Below, piece by piece: positions 27,559-36,259 of a stretch of DNA of 64,000 nucleotides (its first letter is position 1; the number at the start of each line of letters is the position of its first letter). Location of the stretch: the NCBI GenBank assembly GCA_024231695.1, contig JAAEQF010000118.1:1086-65085 (forward strand). The letters are read 5' to 3'. The notes beneath the pieces are model-generated. The model did not search any database. It saw only the letters and a program-made list of their open reading frames with translations, and was not told the DNA's origin. Source of the DNA: FCB group bacterium (GTDB lineage Bacteria > Zixibacteria > MSB-5A5 > GN15 > JAAZOE01). The position numbers and the translations under genes were made by a program.

Positions 27559-28326
27559 TTAATCAATCGTTCGGGCTTCGGGACCGGTGTATTCGAAATT
27601 TCTATTTCCAAGTTGGCGCATCGGTCGCTGAGTGGTCATCTCTTCATAAGTATGAGCGATCAATCCCGGGACGCGGGAAATCATGAAGAAACCTTTGCCC
27701 AGCCGCCAGTCGAAGCCCATATCGGAAATAACGGCGGCAATAGCGCCGTCAACATTGATCGGTAATCTGCGGCCACTGGCTTTTTCCAGTTCCGCTTCGA
27801 TAGCCCGGGCCAACTCAGTATGGCGGCCCGAGTAATCGAGCGTGGCTGCAATTTCAAACAGCTTGACCGTACGCGGATCGGTTTTATGCAGGCGATGGCC
27901 GAAACCGGGCATTCGCTTTTTAGCCGCGCGCATATCGGCGACCAGCTGGGCGGCCAGGTCCTCGACCGAACCCTCCTTGAGGGCCAGTTCCTGAATTATC
28001 CGAGCCGATTGCTCAATCGCACCACCGTGCGTATCGCCGATCACCAGCACTCCGCCGGCGACGGCGGCATTGAGGGAATTCCCGCCAGACATGACCGTCC
28101 GCGCACCCAAAACCGATGGCGGTGTGGCCCCGTGATCGATAGAGGAAACCAGAATGGCCTCCATCATCCGAGCCTGTTTTTCATCGGGTAATTCTCCGCG
28201 CAAAATCAAAAAGATCGCCTGAGCGAAAGATAACTTATCCATCATTTCGACGATATCATATCCGCGAACCCGGATTTTTCCGGGACCGATTTCGGTTATA
28301 CTGGTTTGCCATTTTTCTTCACTCAT
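27559..28326 (-). CDS. Citryl-CoA lyase-like protein (short citrate-synthase-fold enzyme)
   Basis: 255 aa, which is only the catalytic C-terminal part of the citrate synthase fold. Signature GFGHRLHKTDPR. Size and layout resemble the Hydrogenobacter-type citryl-CoA lyase as I recall it. Confidence 0.65.
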   Translation of the reverse strand: MSEEKWQTSITEIGPGKIRVRGYDIVEMMDKLSFAQAIFLILRGELPDEKQARMMEAILVSSIDHGATPPSVLGARTVMSGGNSLNAAVAGGVLVIGDTHGGAIEQSARIIQELALKEGSVEDLAAQLVADMRAAKKRMPGFGHRLHKTDPRTVKLFEIAATLDYSGRHTELARAIEAELEKASGRRLPINVDGAIAAVISDMGFDWRLGKGFFMISRVPGLIAHTYEEMTTQRPMRQLGNRNFEYTGPEARTID

Positions 28327-29150
28327 TTTCTGATTACCCTCATGTCTTCTATTGTATCGTTTTCAACCGTCCCGTCCGGATCGGCGCATTGCCCACGGGC
28401 GAAATCGAGCCAGTTTGTTTCGAATTCATCTATCGGAAGCTGGAAAATAGTTTCAATCGACTTTTGCCAATCAACCGATGATTTCCATAACATGTACAGG
28501 CGCGGAGTGCCGTAATTGAACATGATAAAGCCACACAATGAGGCCGCCTCGGCCCGTCTGGTGGAAAAGTGCAGGGAGTCGAGTTTGACGTTATCACCCA
28601 GATCGAGCAGGCGGGTTAGCTGTCCGGAGTTATTTAGACGATTGGCCTTATCGTGGTAATTGAGGCCGGAGAAGTCTAGTAAATGAGGTACTCCCTCGTT
28701 CAGCACTTCGAAATCCCCCGGTTTGATACCGTTTTGTCCCAAGAGGAATTTAGTCAGCTGATAACCGTAGGGATAAAGGCCGCCCCAGTGAATCGAATTT
28801 TCTGTGGAAAAAGGTATTTTTTGATCACCCAGCATTTCAATTGTTTCCGGTCCGGGAGTGTAAACATACAGATCTATTGTCTCCTTAGGCATCGGAAATT
28901 CGAGTATGCTGCACAGTTCTTTCAGGAATCGATCATATCCCTGACCCAACTCGGCCTGACGTTCCAGCCAGGACGATTGCCGCGAGAAATGGAGATTGAA
29001 ATGAGTGGAACTATACGTTGCCCAATCGGCATATTTATCGGTATTGACCTGTGGTTCATCCGCGCCGCAGGATATCATCAGAAAACATAAAATCGCCAAC
29101 GCCACACTGGCCGGACCCGTTTTGCCCGAAAACCATTTGCCTGTCTTCAT
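28323..29150 (-). CDS. Hypothetical lipoprotein
   Basis: Internal Met start. MKTGKWFSGKTGPASVALAILCFLMISCG has a lipobox. Its stop overlaps the start of the citryl-CoA-lyase-like gene (ATGA). Confidence 0.5.
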   Translation of the reverse strand: MKTGKWFSGKTGPASVALAILCFLMISCGADEPQVNTDKYADWATYSSTHFNLHFSRQSSWLERQAELGQGYDRFLKELCSILEFPMPKETIDLYVYTPGPETIEMLGDQKIPFSTENSIHWGGLYPYGYQLTKFLLGQNGIKPGDFEVLNEGVPHLLDFSGLNYHDKANRLNNSGQLTRLLDLGDNVKLDSLHFSTRRAEAASLCGFIMFNYGTPRLYMLWKSSVDWQKSIETIFQLPIDEFETNWLDFARGQCADPDGTVENDTIEDMRVIRK

Positions 29151-29256
29151 TTGCAATTTCCTATCCTCCCTGGCAAAATCATTCAATAATTATTTAAACC
29201 GCTAATGTAATCGCTTTTGATCGCCGCGTCAACCCTCTCTCCAGTGGGCTCCGACC

Positions 29257-29293
29257 AAAAACAGCAGGCCGGTGGCGCTTGGCGCCACCGGCC
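29257..29293 (-). terminator. Rho-independent terminator ending the OFOR/NuoEF-like operon
   Basis: Perfect 12-bp stem GGCCGGTGGCGC-TTG-GCGCCACCGGCC (29267-29293). On the minus strand it is followed by TGCTGTTTTTGG. Confidence 0.7.
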
Positions 29294-29332
29294 TTTAATT
29301 TGCAGGACATTCAAGCAATAAAGATCATGCCT

Positions 29333-29740
29333 TTATGCAATTCTTTTATAAACCAATGCCTTAGTAGGACAAAACCGGGCGCATGCCGGACTACCGCCGC
29401 ACAGGTCACATTTGACTACCTCGTCATGAACCTCGTCGATCAGCGAACAACCGAACGGGCAGGCAGCCACGCAAGCTTCGCATTTGACACATCTTTCCGT
29501 ATCCAGATCGATCGCCCCGGTTTCTTCATTACGTTTGAGTGCGTCAAATTTACATGATCGGACGCAGGCCGCGTCATCGCATTGCAGACAGGCGATGGGA
29601 ACATATTTGTCCGGCGAATAGGCAATCGGGTAGATACGACTGCGGCCGGGCTTTTTATCTTTGGTATGAGTAAAGGCGCAGGCCAGTTCACAGGTCCGGC
29701 AACCGGTACAAAGCGAAGGAATAACTTCAAATCTAAACAT
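29333..29740 (-). CDS. 4Fe-4S polyferredoxin (CooF/HycB-like)
   Basis: Four Cys clusters: CTGCRTCELAC, CLQCDDAACVRSC, CVKCEACVAACP, CDLCGGSPACARFCP. Confidence 0.8.
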   Translation of the reverse strand: MFRFEVIPSLCTGCRTCELACAFTHTKDKKPGRSRIYPIAYSPDKYVPIACLQCDDAACVRSCKFDALKRNEETGAIDLDTERCVKCEACVAACPFGCSLIDEVHDEVVKCDLCGGSPACARFCPTKALVYKRIA

Positions 29741-30516
29741 TACAGTGCCACCTCCTTCGCCTGATCGACGATCCCGCCCATTTTACGGGCCAAATCGGCT
29801 CGCTTGCAGTCGTCGCAAACCTCGAAGTATTCCGCCGGTATATCCCGGTCGGCGATCAAGTAATCGGCAAACTCGCGGGCGATAGTTTTCTTGCCGCATT
29901 CTTTGCAGGATATCAGTTCGAACGTCCGGCCCCAGATATGCCGCGTACCGTTTTCGTCATGCCACTCAATGACATTGGTGGGACAGATTTTGGCGCAACT
30001 CAGGCAGCCGATACAATCGGGTGGAGCCTCGCCGAAAGGCCCGGAAATCTTCTTATCGCGGCCGCGATTGACCGCCGCTATGGCGCTCTTACCGAGCACC
30101 TCACAAGCCCTCGTGCAGGCATAGCACATGATACAGTTGTCGGCGTCGGGCAGAGCCTCGTAACTGGTTTTGACAATACCGTATTCTTCGGCCATTTGCT
30201 GAATGACCTCCGATTGCGGACATCGAGCCAGATACAAATCGAGGATGGTTTTACGCACCTCCAGGACATCGCCCGAGTGCGTCGAGACAATCAGTCCTTC
30301 TTCCACCGGATAGAGGCAAGAGGTTACCAGCTTTTTCCAGCCGTCCCAATCCTCACGGGTAATTTCCACCATACAGAGCCGGCAGGAACCGCTCGGTTCG
30401 AGGGCTTCGTGGTCGCACAAGGCAGGTATATCGATCTGCTGACGGCGTATCGCCTTGATCAGCATCTCGCCCTTATGAGCCTTGACCACTTTTCCGTTTA
30501 TCGTAATATGTACCAT
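29740..30516 (-). CDS. 2Fe-2S/4Fe-4S subunit resembling the N-terminal FeS part of HydA/NuoG, with no catalytic domain
   Basis: N-terminal plant-type ferredoxin-like ITINGK...CDHEALEPSGSCRLCMVE. Then CIMCYACTRAC and CIGCLSCAKICP. Then a C-terminal CKECGK...CDDCKR Cys4. Only 258 aa. Confidence 0.75.
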   Translation of the reverse strand: MVHITINGKVVKAHKGEMLIKAIRRQQIDIPALCDHEALEPSGSCRLCMVEITREDWDGWKKLVTSCLYPVEEGLIVSTHSGDVLEVRKTILDLYLARCPQSEVIQQMAEEYGIVKTSYEALPDADNCIMCYACTRACEVLGKSAIAAVNRGRDKKISGPFGEAPPDCIGCLSCAKICPTNVIEWHDENGTRHIWGRTFELISCKECGKKTIAREFADYLIADRDIPAEYFEVCDDCKRADLARKMGGIVDQAKEVAL

Positions 30517-30527
30517 TATCCACCTAC

Positions 30528-32381
30528 TCAGCTAATCTCAATGGCGTCAAAAGTGCACACGGTATAACAGGAACCGCATTGCGTGCATTTATCCTGATCC
30601 AACACATGTATCTTTTTCTTCTCGCCGGTAATGGCCTCGGTCGGACAAGCTTTGATACAAGCCAGACAACCGGTGCATTCGTCGGTGATTTCGAATTTTA
30701 TTAAATTGCGACAAACCCCGCCCGGACATTTTTTGTCGCGCACGTGGGCCAGATATTCCTCACGGAAATATTGCAGCGTACTCAGGAAAGGATTCGGGCC
30801 CGATTGTCCCAGCCCGCAAAGCGATCCGACCTGAATCGATTTGGACAGTTTTTCCATCAAATCCAGATCGTCCTCGGTGGCCTCACCCTCGCAAACTTTG
30901 GAGCATAATTTATGAAGTTGATAAAGCCCTTCGCGACAGGGAACGCATTTGCCACAGGATTCCATTACCAGAAATTCGAGGAAATAGCGGGCCACGTCAA
31001 CCATGCAGGTATGATCGTCCATAATAACCATGCCGCCCGAACCCATCATCGAACCGGCTTCGGTCAAGGAATCGAAATCGCAGGCCAAATCCAGCTTATC
31101 GGCCGGCAGGCAACCGCCGGAGGGACCGCCGGTCTGTACCGCTTTAAATTCGCGTCCGCCGGGGATACCGCCGCCGATATCGAAAATGATTTCCCGGAGA
31201 GTAATCCCCATGGGGACTTCGACCAGCCCGGAATTTTTAATCTTCCCCGCTAATGAGAACACTTTGGTTCCCGAGCTTTTGGCTGTACCTATCGAGGAGA
31301 ACCAGTCGGCTCCCTTTTCGATGATCATTGGAACCGTGGCGAATGATTCGACATTGTTAAGAACGGTCGGTTTGTCGTGCAAGCCCTGGACAACAGAATG
31401 AATATATTTGGCTCGTGGTTCGCCGACTTCTCCGGCCACCGATTTCATCAGGGCCGATGATTCGCCGCAAACGAACGCTCCGCCGCCGCGATTGACCTGA
31501 ATATCGAAGCAGAAATCGGTACCGAGAATGTTATCACCCAACAGACCGTTTTCACGAGCATCTTCGATGGCCTTCTGCAGGTTGATTACGGCCATGGGGT
31601 ATTCTTCGCGAACGTATATGTAGCCTTTGGTCGAGCCAACAGCATAAGCACAGGTGATCATCCCTTCTAAAACCGAATGTGGATCGCTGCCCATCAGCGT
31701 TCGGTCCATAAAGGCCCCGGGATCGCCTTCGTCGCCGTTGCAGATGACATAACGAATATCGGCGTCGATTTTGGCACAGGTGGCCCATTTGCGTCCGGTC
31801 GGAAATCCGCCGCCGCCTCGACCGCGCAGGCCGGATTTGGAAACCTCGTCGATTACCTGCTGAGGAGTCATTTCGATTAACGCTTTGGCCAGACCCTGAT
31901 AGCCGCCCCGGGCGACATATTCGTTGATTTTGTTGGGGTCGATCAATCCGGCGTTGCGCAAAGCAATCCGCTGTTGCCGGGCGTAGAACGGAATCTGATT
32001 ATAATCGGCAATCCGCTTTTTGGTGTTGGCGTCTTTGTAGAGCAGACGCTCGATAATCTCGCCGTTTTCGATAGTTTTTTCAACGATATCGGGAATGTGA
32101 ATCTTTTTGACCTTGGTGTAAAAAGTGCCTTCCGGCTCCAATATCACCAGCGGCCCCAAAGCGCAGTATCCGTGACAGCCGGTTTTGGTAACCGTTTCAA
32201 CGGACACGTCGGTGATGTTTTTATCGGCCAGGACTTTCTTGAATTCCTCGTATACCTCGACCGCGCCATTGGCTCGGCAGGCCGTCCCGACACAGATCAA
32301 AATCCGGCGTTGACGGGCTTCAAATTCGGTTTTGCATTCCGTGCGCCACTTATTCAGTTGATCTATATTTTCAATACGCAT
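30528..32381 (-). CDS. NuoF-like NAD(P)H-binding flavoprotein subunit (HydB/HndC type)
   Basis: GLRGRGGGGFPTGRKW (FMN/NADH site) and ESCGKCVPCREG (N3 cluster). N-terminal thioredoxin-like 2Fe-2S (CVGTAC...GCHGYCALGP). Two C-terminal 4Fe-4S motifs (CTGCLACIKACP, CTQCGSCYTVC). Confidence 0.9.
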   Translation of the reverse strand: MRIENIDQLNKWRTECKTEFEARQRRILICVGTACRANGAVEVYEEFKKVLADKNITDVSVETVTKTGCHGYCALGPLVILEPEGTFYTKVKKIHIPDIVEKTIENGEIIERLLYKDANTKKRIADYNQIPFYARQQRIALRNAGLIDPNKINEYVARGGYQGLAKALIEMTPQQVIDEVSKSGLRGRGGGGFPTGRKWATCAKIDADIRYVICNGDEGDPGAFMDRTLMGSDPHSVLEGMITCAYAVGSTKGYIYVREEYPMAVINLQKAIEDARENGLLGDNILGTDFCFDIQVNRGGGAFVCGESSALMKSVAGEVGEPRAKYIHSVVQGLHDKPTVLNNVESFATVPMIIEKGADWFSSIGTAKSSGTKVFSLAGKIKNSGLVEVPMGITLREIIFDIGGGIPGGREFKAVQTGGPSGGCLPADKLDLACDFDSLTEAGSMMGSGGMVIMDDHTCMVDVARYFLEFLVMESCGKCVPCREGLYQLHKLCSKVCEGEATEDDLDLMEKLSKSIQVGSLCGLGQSGPNPFLSTLQYFREEYLAHVRDKKCPGGVCRNLIKFEITDECTGCLACIKACPTEAITGEKKKIHVLDQDKCTQCGSCYTVCTFDAIEIS

Positions 32382-32382
32382 A

Positions 32383-32838
32383 TCAATCCTTTTTCACCAG
32401 ACGCATGGCCTGATCGACGCGGACATTGCCATGATATTTTTCGTTGACCGTTATCACCGGAGCCATGGCGCAAACACCAACGCAGTTGACTACCTCGATG
32501 GTGAATTTCATATCCTCCGAGGTCTCCCCCGCTCGAATATTGAGTCCGGCTTCCAATTGCTCAAGAAGCAGACCGGCGCCCTTGATATGACAGGCTGTGC
32601 CTTTGCAGATGCGGATGATTTTCTCGCCTCGGGGGGTCAAGCTGAAAGCGTTGTAGAAGGTCGTAACATTGAAGACCTTGCTTAAGGGGACATTCAAAGC
32701 TTTGGCCGTTTCCACCAAAGCCTCGCACGGCAGATAGTGAAACTCGCGTTGAATATCCTGAAGGACGCTAATCAGCGCATCCGGTGTCTGAGGATTGCGT
32801 TCGATAACTTCGCGTATCCTGCTTAAATCATGATCCAT
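32383..32838 (-). CDS. NuoE-like 2Fe-2S subunit (HydC/HndA type)
   Basis: CKGTACHIKG...VNCVGVCAMAP thioredoxin-like 2Fe-2S motif. 151 aa. Confidence 0.9.
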   Translation of the reverse strand: MDHDLSRIREVIERNPQTPDALISVLQDIQREFHYLPCEALVETAKALNVPLSKVFNVTTFYNAFSLTPRGEKIIRICKGTACHIKGAGLLLEQLEAGLNIRAGETSEDMKFTIEVVNCVGVCAMAPVITVNEKYHGNVRVDQAMRLVKKD

Positions 32839-32848
32839 TCATTTACCT

Positions 32849-33400
32849 CTATGCGCTGACTTTTTCGATCAGCTTGCGGCCTTCCTCGAAAGCCCTGAAA
32901 TTTATATCCAGAAATTCTTTTTTCTTACCCATTTTCTCTTTGAGCATAATGCCCAGCGTTTCGAAAGAAACGATCCCGGTGGCCGCCACATAGGCCGCCA
33001 GCATGACCATGTTGGCCGCTTTGGGACTGCCGCACTCACGAGCGATATCGTTGGCCGGTACCAGAAACTCGGTGATGTCGCTGCGTTCAGATTTGATATC
33101 GATCAGGCTGCTGTTGATCAGAAGCAAGCCGTCTTTCCTGATCATGGCGCCGAACTTGTCCAGCGAAGGCCGGTTGAAAACGCAGGCCGCCAAGGGCATA
33201 TTGATAATCGGCGAACCGATCCGTTCGTCGGATATGACTACCGTGCAATTGGCCGTACCTCCACGCATTTCGGGGCCGTAGGACGGAATCCAGCAAACCT
33301 GTTTACCCTCTTCCATAGCCGTATAGGCCAGAAGCTGACCGGCCGTCATTACGCCTTGACCGCCGAATCCGGCAAATACTACTTCTCTCTGTCCCCCCAT
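32849..33400 (-). CDS. 2-oxoacid:ferredoxin oxidoreductase gamma subunit
   Basis: FAGFGGQGVMTAGQLLA...SYGPEMRGG pattern. Confidence 0.85.
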   Translation of the reverse strand: MGGQREVVFAGFGGQGVMTAGQLLAYTAMEEGKQVCWIPSYGPEMRGGTANCTVVISDERIGSPIINMPLAACVFNRPSLDKFGAMIRKDGLLLINSSLIDIKSERSDITEFLVPANDIARECGSPKAANMVMLAAYVAATGIVSFETLGIMLKEKMGKKKEFLDINFRAFEEGRKLIEKVSA

Positions 33401-33401
33401 C

Positions 33402-34157
33402 TCAGACCTCCTCCGCTTCCGGGTCTTTATAAATTCCCAGCGGATAATACGGTTCCATATCGCTGGCCACCCAGTCGGTCGAATCGGCCGGCGATATACC
33501 CCAGTTGGTCGGACAGGTGGAAAGCACCTCGATCATGGTAAAACAGCGGTTTTCCTTCTGCAACCGGAAGGCCTTCTTGATAATCTTTTTGGCGTTGACG
33601 ATATGCATCGGAGTATGCACTGCGACCCGGGCGATAAAACTGGGCGTTTTCAAAGTTGACAAAAGTTCGGCCATCCGAATCGGATGTCCGGCCAGGTTCA
33701 CATCGCGGCCGGCCGGGCTTGTGGTGGTTCGTTGCTGAGGCATGGTCGTCGGAGCCATCTGTCCGCCGGTCATGCCGTAAATGGCATTATTAACGAAGAT
33801 GGTCGTGAACTTCTCACCCCGGTTGGCGGCATGGACAATTTCACCCATGCCGATCGAGGCCAGGTCGCCGTCGCCTTGATAGGTAAAAACGATCATATCC
33901 GGCCGGGTCCGCTTGAAACCGGTGGCCAGAGCCGGAGCCCGCCCATGAGCGGCCTCCATGAAATCGCAATTAAAATAGTTATAAGCCAACACCGAACAGC
34001 CCACCGGAGCCACACCGACGGTACGATCGCGAATTCCCAATTCATCCAGCGATTCGGCCACCAGCCGATGGATTACGCCGTGCGTACATCCCGGACAATA
34101 ATGGGTGATATTGTCACTCATGGCCGTGGGCCGTGAGAAAATTGTCGTGGTATCCAT
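33402..34157 (-). CDS. 2-oxoacid:ferredoxin oxidoreductase beta (TPP-binding) subunit
   Basis: YCPGCTHG and TPP motif GDGDLASIGMGEIVHAANRGEKFTTIFVNNAIYGMTGGQ. Ends with a TGA stop. Confidence 0.9.
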   Translation of the reverse strand: MDTTTIFSRPTAMSDNITHYCPGCTHGVIHRLVAESLDELGIRDRTVGVAPVGCSVLAYNYFNCDFMEAAHGRAPALATGFKRTRPDMIVFTYQGDGDLASIGMGEIVHAANRGEKFTTIFVNNAIYGMTGGQMAPTTMPQQRTTTSPAGRDVNLAGHPIRMAELLSTLKTPSFIARVAVHTPMHIVNAKKIIKKAFRLQKENRCFTMIEVLSTCPTNWGISPADSTDWVASDMEPYYPLGIYKDPEAEEV

Positions 34158-34181
34158 CTTATCCTCGTTTTCTTTCGAAGA

Positions 34182-35255
34182 TCACTTTTTGGTTCCCAGA
34201 AGAGAACGCACTTTCTCCTTGACTTCGTCGGGCGTGGGCACGATGCCGCCGGTATGACCGAAAAACTCGATCGGCTTGATACTTTTGGTGCAACGTTCAA
34301 TATCCTCGACCATCTGCCCGGTGCTCATCTCGATAGTCAAAACTTTTTTGATATTACTTTTGGCCGCTTCGGTATAAATCTCTTTTTCCGGGAAAGGAAA
34401 CAGGGTAATCGGCCGGAATAGTCCGACGCTGATTCCCTCTTCCTCCAATTCGTCGATAGCCGTCTGGCAAATACGCGACATGGTGCCGTAAGAAGCGATC
34501 AGGATTTCGTTTCTATCAGAAACCTTGTACAGTTCGTAGCGGACTTCTTCGGCTCGTGCCTTTTTGTATTTTGCTTCCATAACCAGGCAATTGTCTTCCA
34601 GTTGCTGGGGATCGAGAAAAAGCGATTTGATCAAACGCGCTTTGCGGTCCTTCGCGCCGGTCAGGGCCCAATCCGATTTATCCGGATCGTTCTCGGCCCG
34701 ATATTCCTTAGGAAATTCGACCGACTCCATCATCTGCCCGATCATGCCGTCGCCGATGATCATCACCGGATTGAGGTATTTTTCGGCCAGATCAAAAGCG
34801 AGGATGGTCAGATCGACAGCCTCCTGCACCGAGGCCGGAGCCAGAACGAGTAAACGATAATCGCCGTGACCGCCACCCTTGACCGATTGGAAATAATCGG
34901 ACTGCGCCGGCAGAATACCACCCAGACCGGGGCCGCCGCGCATTATATTGAGCAAAACCACCGGCAAGTGAGCGCCGGCCATGTAAGATATCGCCTCCTG
35001 CATCAGACTTACGCCGGGGCTGGATGAAGTCGTAAAGACCCGCTTGCCGGTCGAGGCTGCTCCGAAAAGCATGTTGCCCACGGCCACTTCCGACTCGGCC
35101 TGGACAAAAACGCCATCGATCTCGGGAAGCCGCCAGCATAAATATTCGGCCACTTCACTCTGCGGGGTGATCGGGTAGGCAAAGTAATGTCGCGACCCGG
35201 CGGCTATTGCCGCTTCGCCAATCGCTTCGTTGCCTTTCATCAATTTTTTGGCCAT
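34182..35255 (-). CDS. 2-oxoacid:ferredoxin oxidoreductase alpha subunit
   Basis: MKGNEAIGEAAIAAG...FAYPITPQSE N-terminus is typical of Kor/Vor/Por alpha. 357 aa. Confidence 0.9.
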   Translation of the reverse strand: MAKKLMKGNEAIGEAAIAAGSRHYFAYPITPQSEVAEYLCWRLPEIDGVFVQAESEVAVGNMLFGAASTGKRVFTTSSSPGVSLMQEAISYMAGAHLPVVLLNIMRGGPGLGGILPAQSDYFQSVKGGGHGDYRLLVLAPASVQEAVDLTILAFDLAEKYLNPVMIIGDGMIGQMMESVEFPKEYRAENDPDKSDWALTGAKDRKARLIKSLFLDPQQLEDNCLVMEAKYKKARAEEVRYELYKVSDRNEILIASYGTMSRICQTAIDELEEEGISVGLFRPITLFPFPEKEIYTEAAKSNIKKVLTIEMSTGQMVEDIERCTKSIKPIEFFGHTGGIVPTPDEVKEKVRSLLGTKK

Positions 35256-35270
35256 TGCAGCTTTCCCTAA

Positions 35271-35507
35271 TTAATATTCGAACAGGGCATACCCTGTCCC
35301 ATGCGTATGTACTTCAATCGCCACATCCGGGCAGACAATAGCGCATATCCGGCAACCGATACATTTGGTCGGTTCCGCAAGCTGCGCCACTAAATATCCC
35401 TTGAGATTAATCTCTTTCGACATTTCCAAAATCTGCATCGGACAGGCCCTGACACAAAGTTCACAACCTTTGCAGTACGTCTTATTTATTTTAACACCGG
35501 GCATCAA
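35271..35507 (-). CDS. 2-oxoacid:ferredoxin oxidoreductase delta subunit (2x 4Fe-4S)
   Basis: CKGCELCVRACP and CIGCRICAIVCP. 78 aa. Confidence 0.85.
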   Translation of the reverse strand: MMPGVKINKTYCKGCELCVRACPMQILEMSKEINLKGYLVAQLAEPTKCIGCRICAIVCPDVAIEVHTHGTGYALFEY

Positions 35508-35527
35508 CTTGTCCTTTTCTTTCCTGA

Positions 35528-36259
35528 CTATTTTTCAGCCTGGTTTTCTTTTCTTTCCCATGGCTTGAGCATTGACCGCGACAACGGTAGAATCGGGCAG
35601 TCAAAACCGTCCGACTCAATCTGCTCAAGCAGACTATTCCTGACGCTGACAAAAGCCAGCGGCAATCCCGTCTCTTTGCTTATCTGACAGGCCAATTCAT
35701 AACCCTCGACAACCACAGCCATGTCGGTTTCATCAATCATGTGGCTGTTGGCCACCAATCCGGTGAAGCGTAATTTGGACGTTGCCTCAATCCGAGCCAT
35801 CGTCTGACGACACCCGGCCGCATCGGCGGTCTGAGGCCGGCGACTGTTTAGCACGGCCAGCATTTCATAACCACCGGCGCCGTCCAAAACCGCCGCCAGC
35901 GATCCCAGTGATTTGGCTCCCTGGGAATCACCACCGACATCAAGAATCAAACGCCCCTGCGGATGTTCGATAGCGCCTTTCACTTCCGGAAGTAAAATAG
36001 GCAAATCAGCATAAGTCTGCCCTCCCTGCGGAGCTACCACGCGAATACCGAGGGCTTCCATCTCCAAAATCGCCTCACGTGTACGAAAATACGGATTTAC
36101 GAGATCAAGATCAACTATTGTGAGTGGAGTTTCCTTGTCAGAAACCAGAAACTTGGCCAGATTGACCGATACTTCAGTTTTGCCACTGCCGAAACCGCCC
36201 ACTAAAATAATAATCTTTTGGGGAAATGTGGGGTAACGAATTTCGGCCTTCTCCATCAT
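35528..36259 (-). CDS. P-loop NTPase of unknown function, first gene of the operon
   Basis: Walker A-like GGFGSGKTE near the N-terminus and hydrophobic-strand-Asp VDLDLVNP. Family not recognised. Confidence 0.5.
   Translation of the reverse strand: MMEKAEIRYPTFPQKIIILVGGFGSGKTEVSVNLAKFLVSDKETPLTIVDLDLVNPYFRTREAILEMEALGIRVVAPQGGQTYADLPILLPEVKGAIEHPQGRLILDVGGDSQGAKSLGSLAAVLDGAGGYEMLAVLNSRRPQTADAAGCRQTMARIEATSKLRFTGLVANSHMIDETDMAVVVEGYELACQISKETGLPLAFVSVRNSLLEQIESDGFDCPILPLSRSMLKPWERKENQAEK

Noticed and set aside
29938-30567. 209-aa plus-strand ORF.
   Set aside because: It is antisense to the well-supported FeS subunit genes and has no motifs. It is a shadow ORF.
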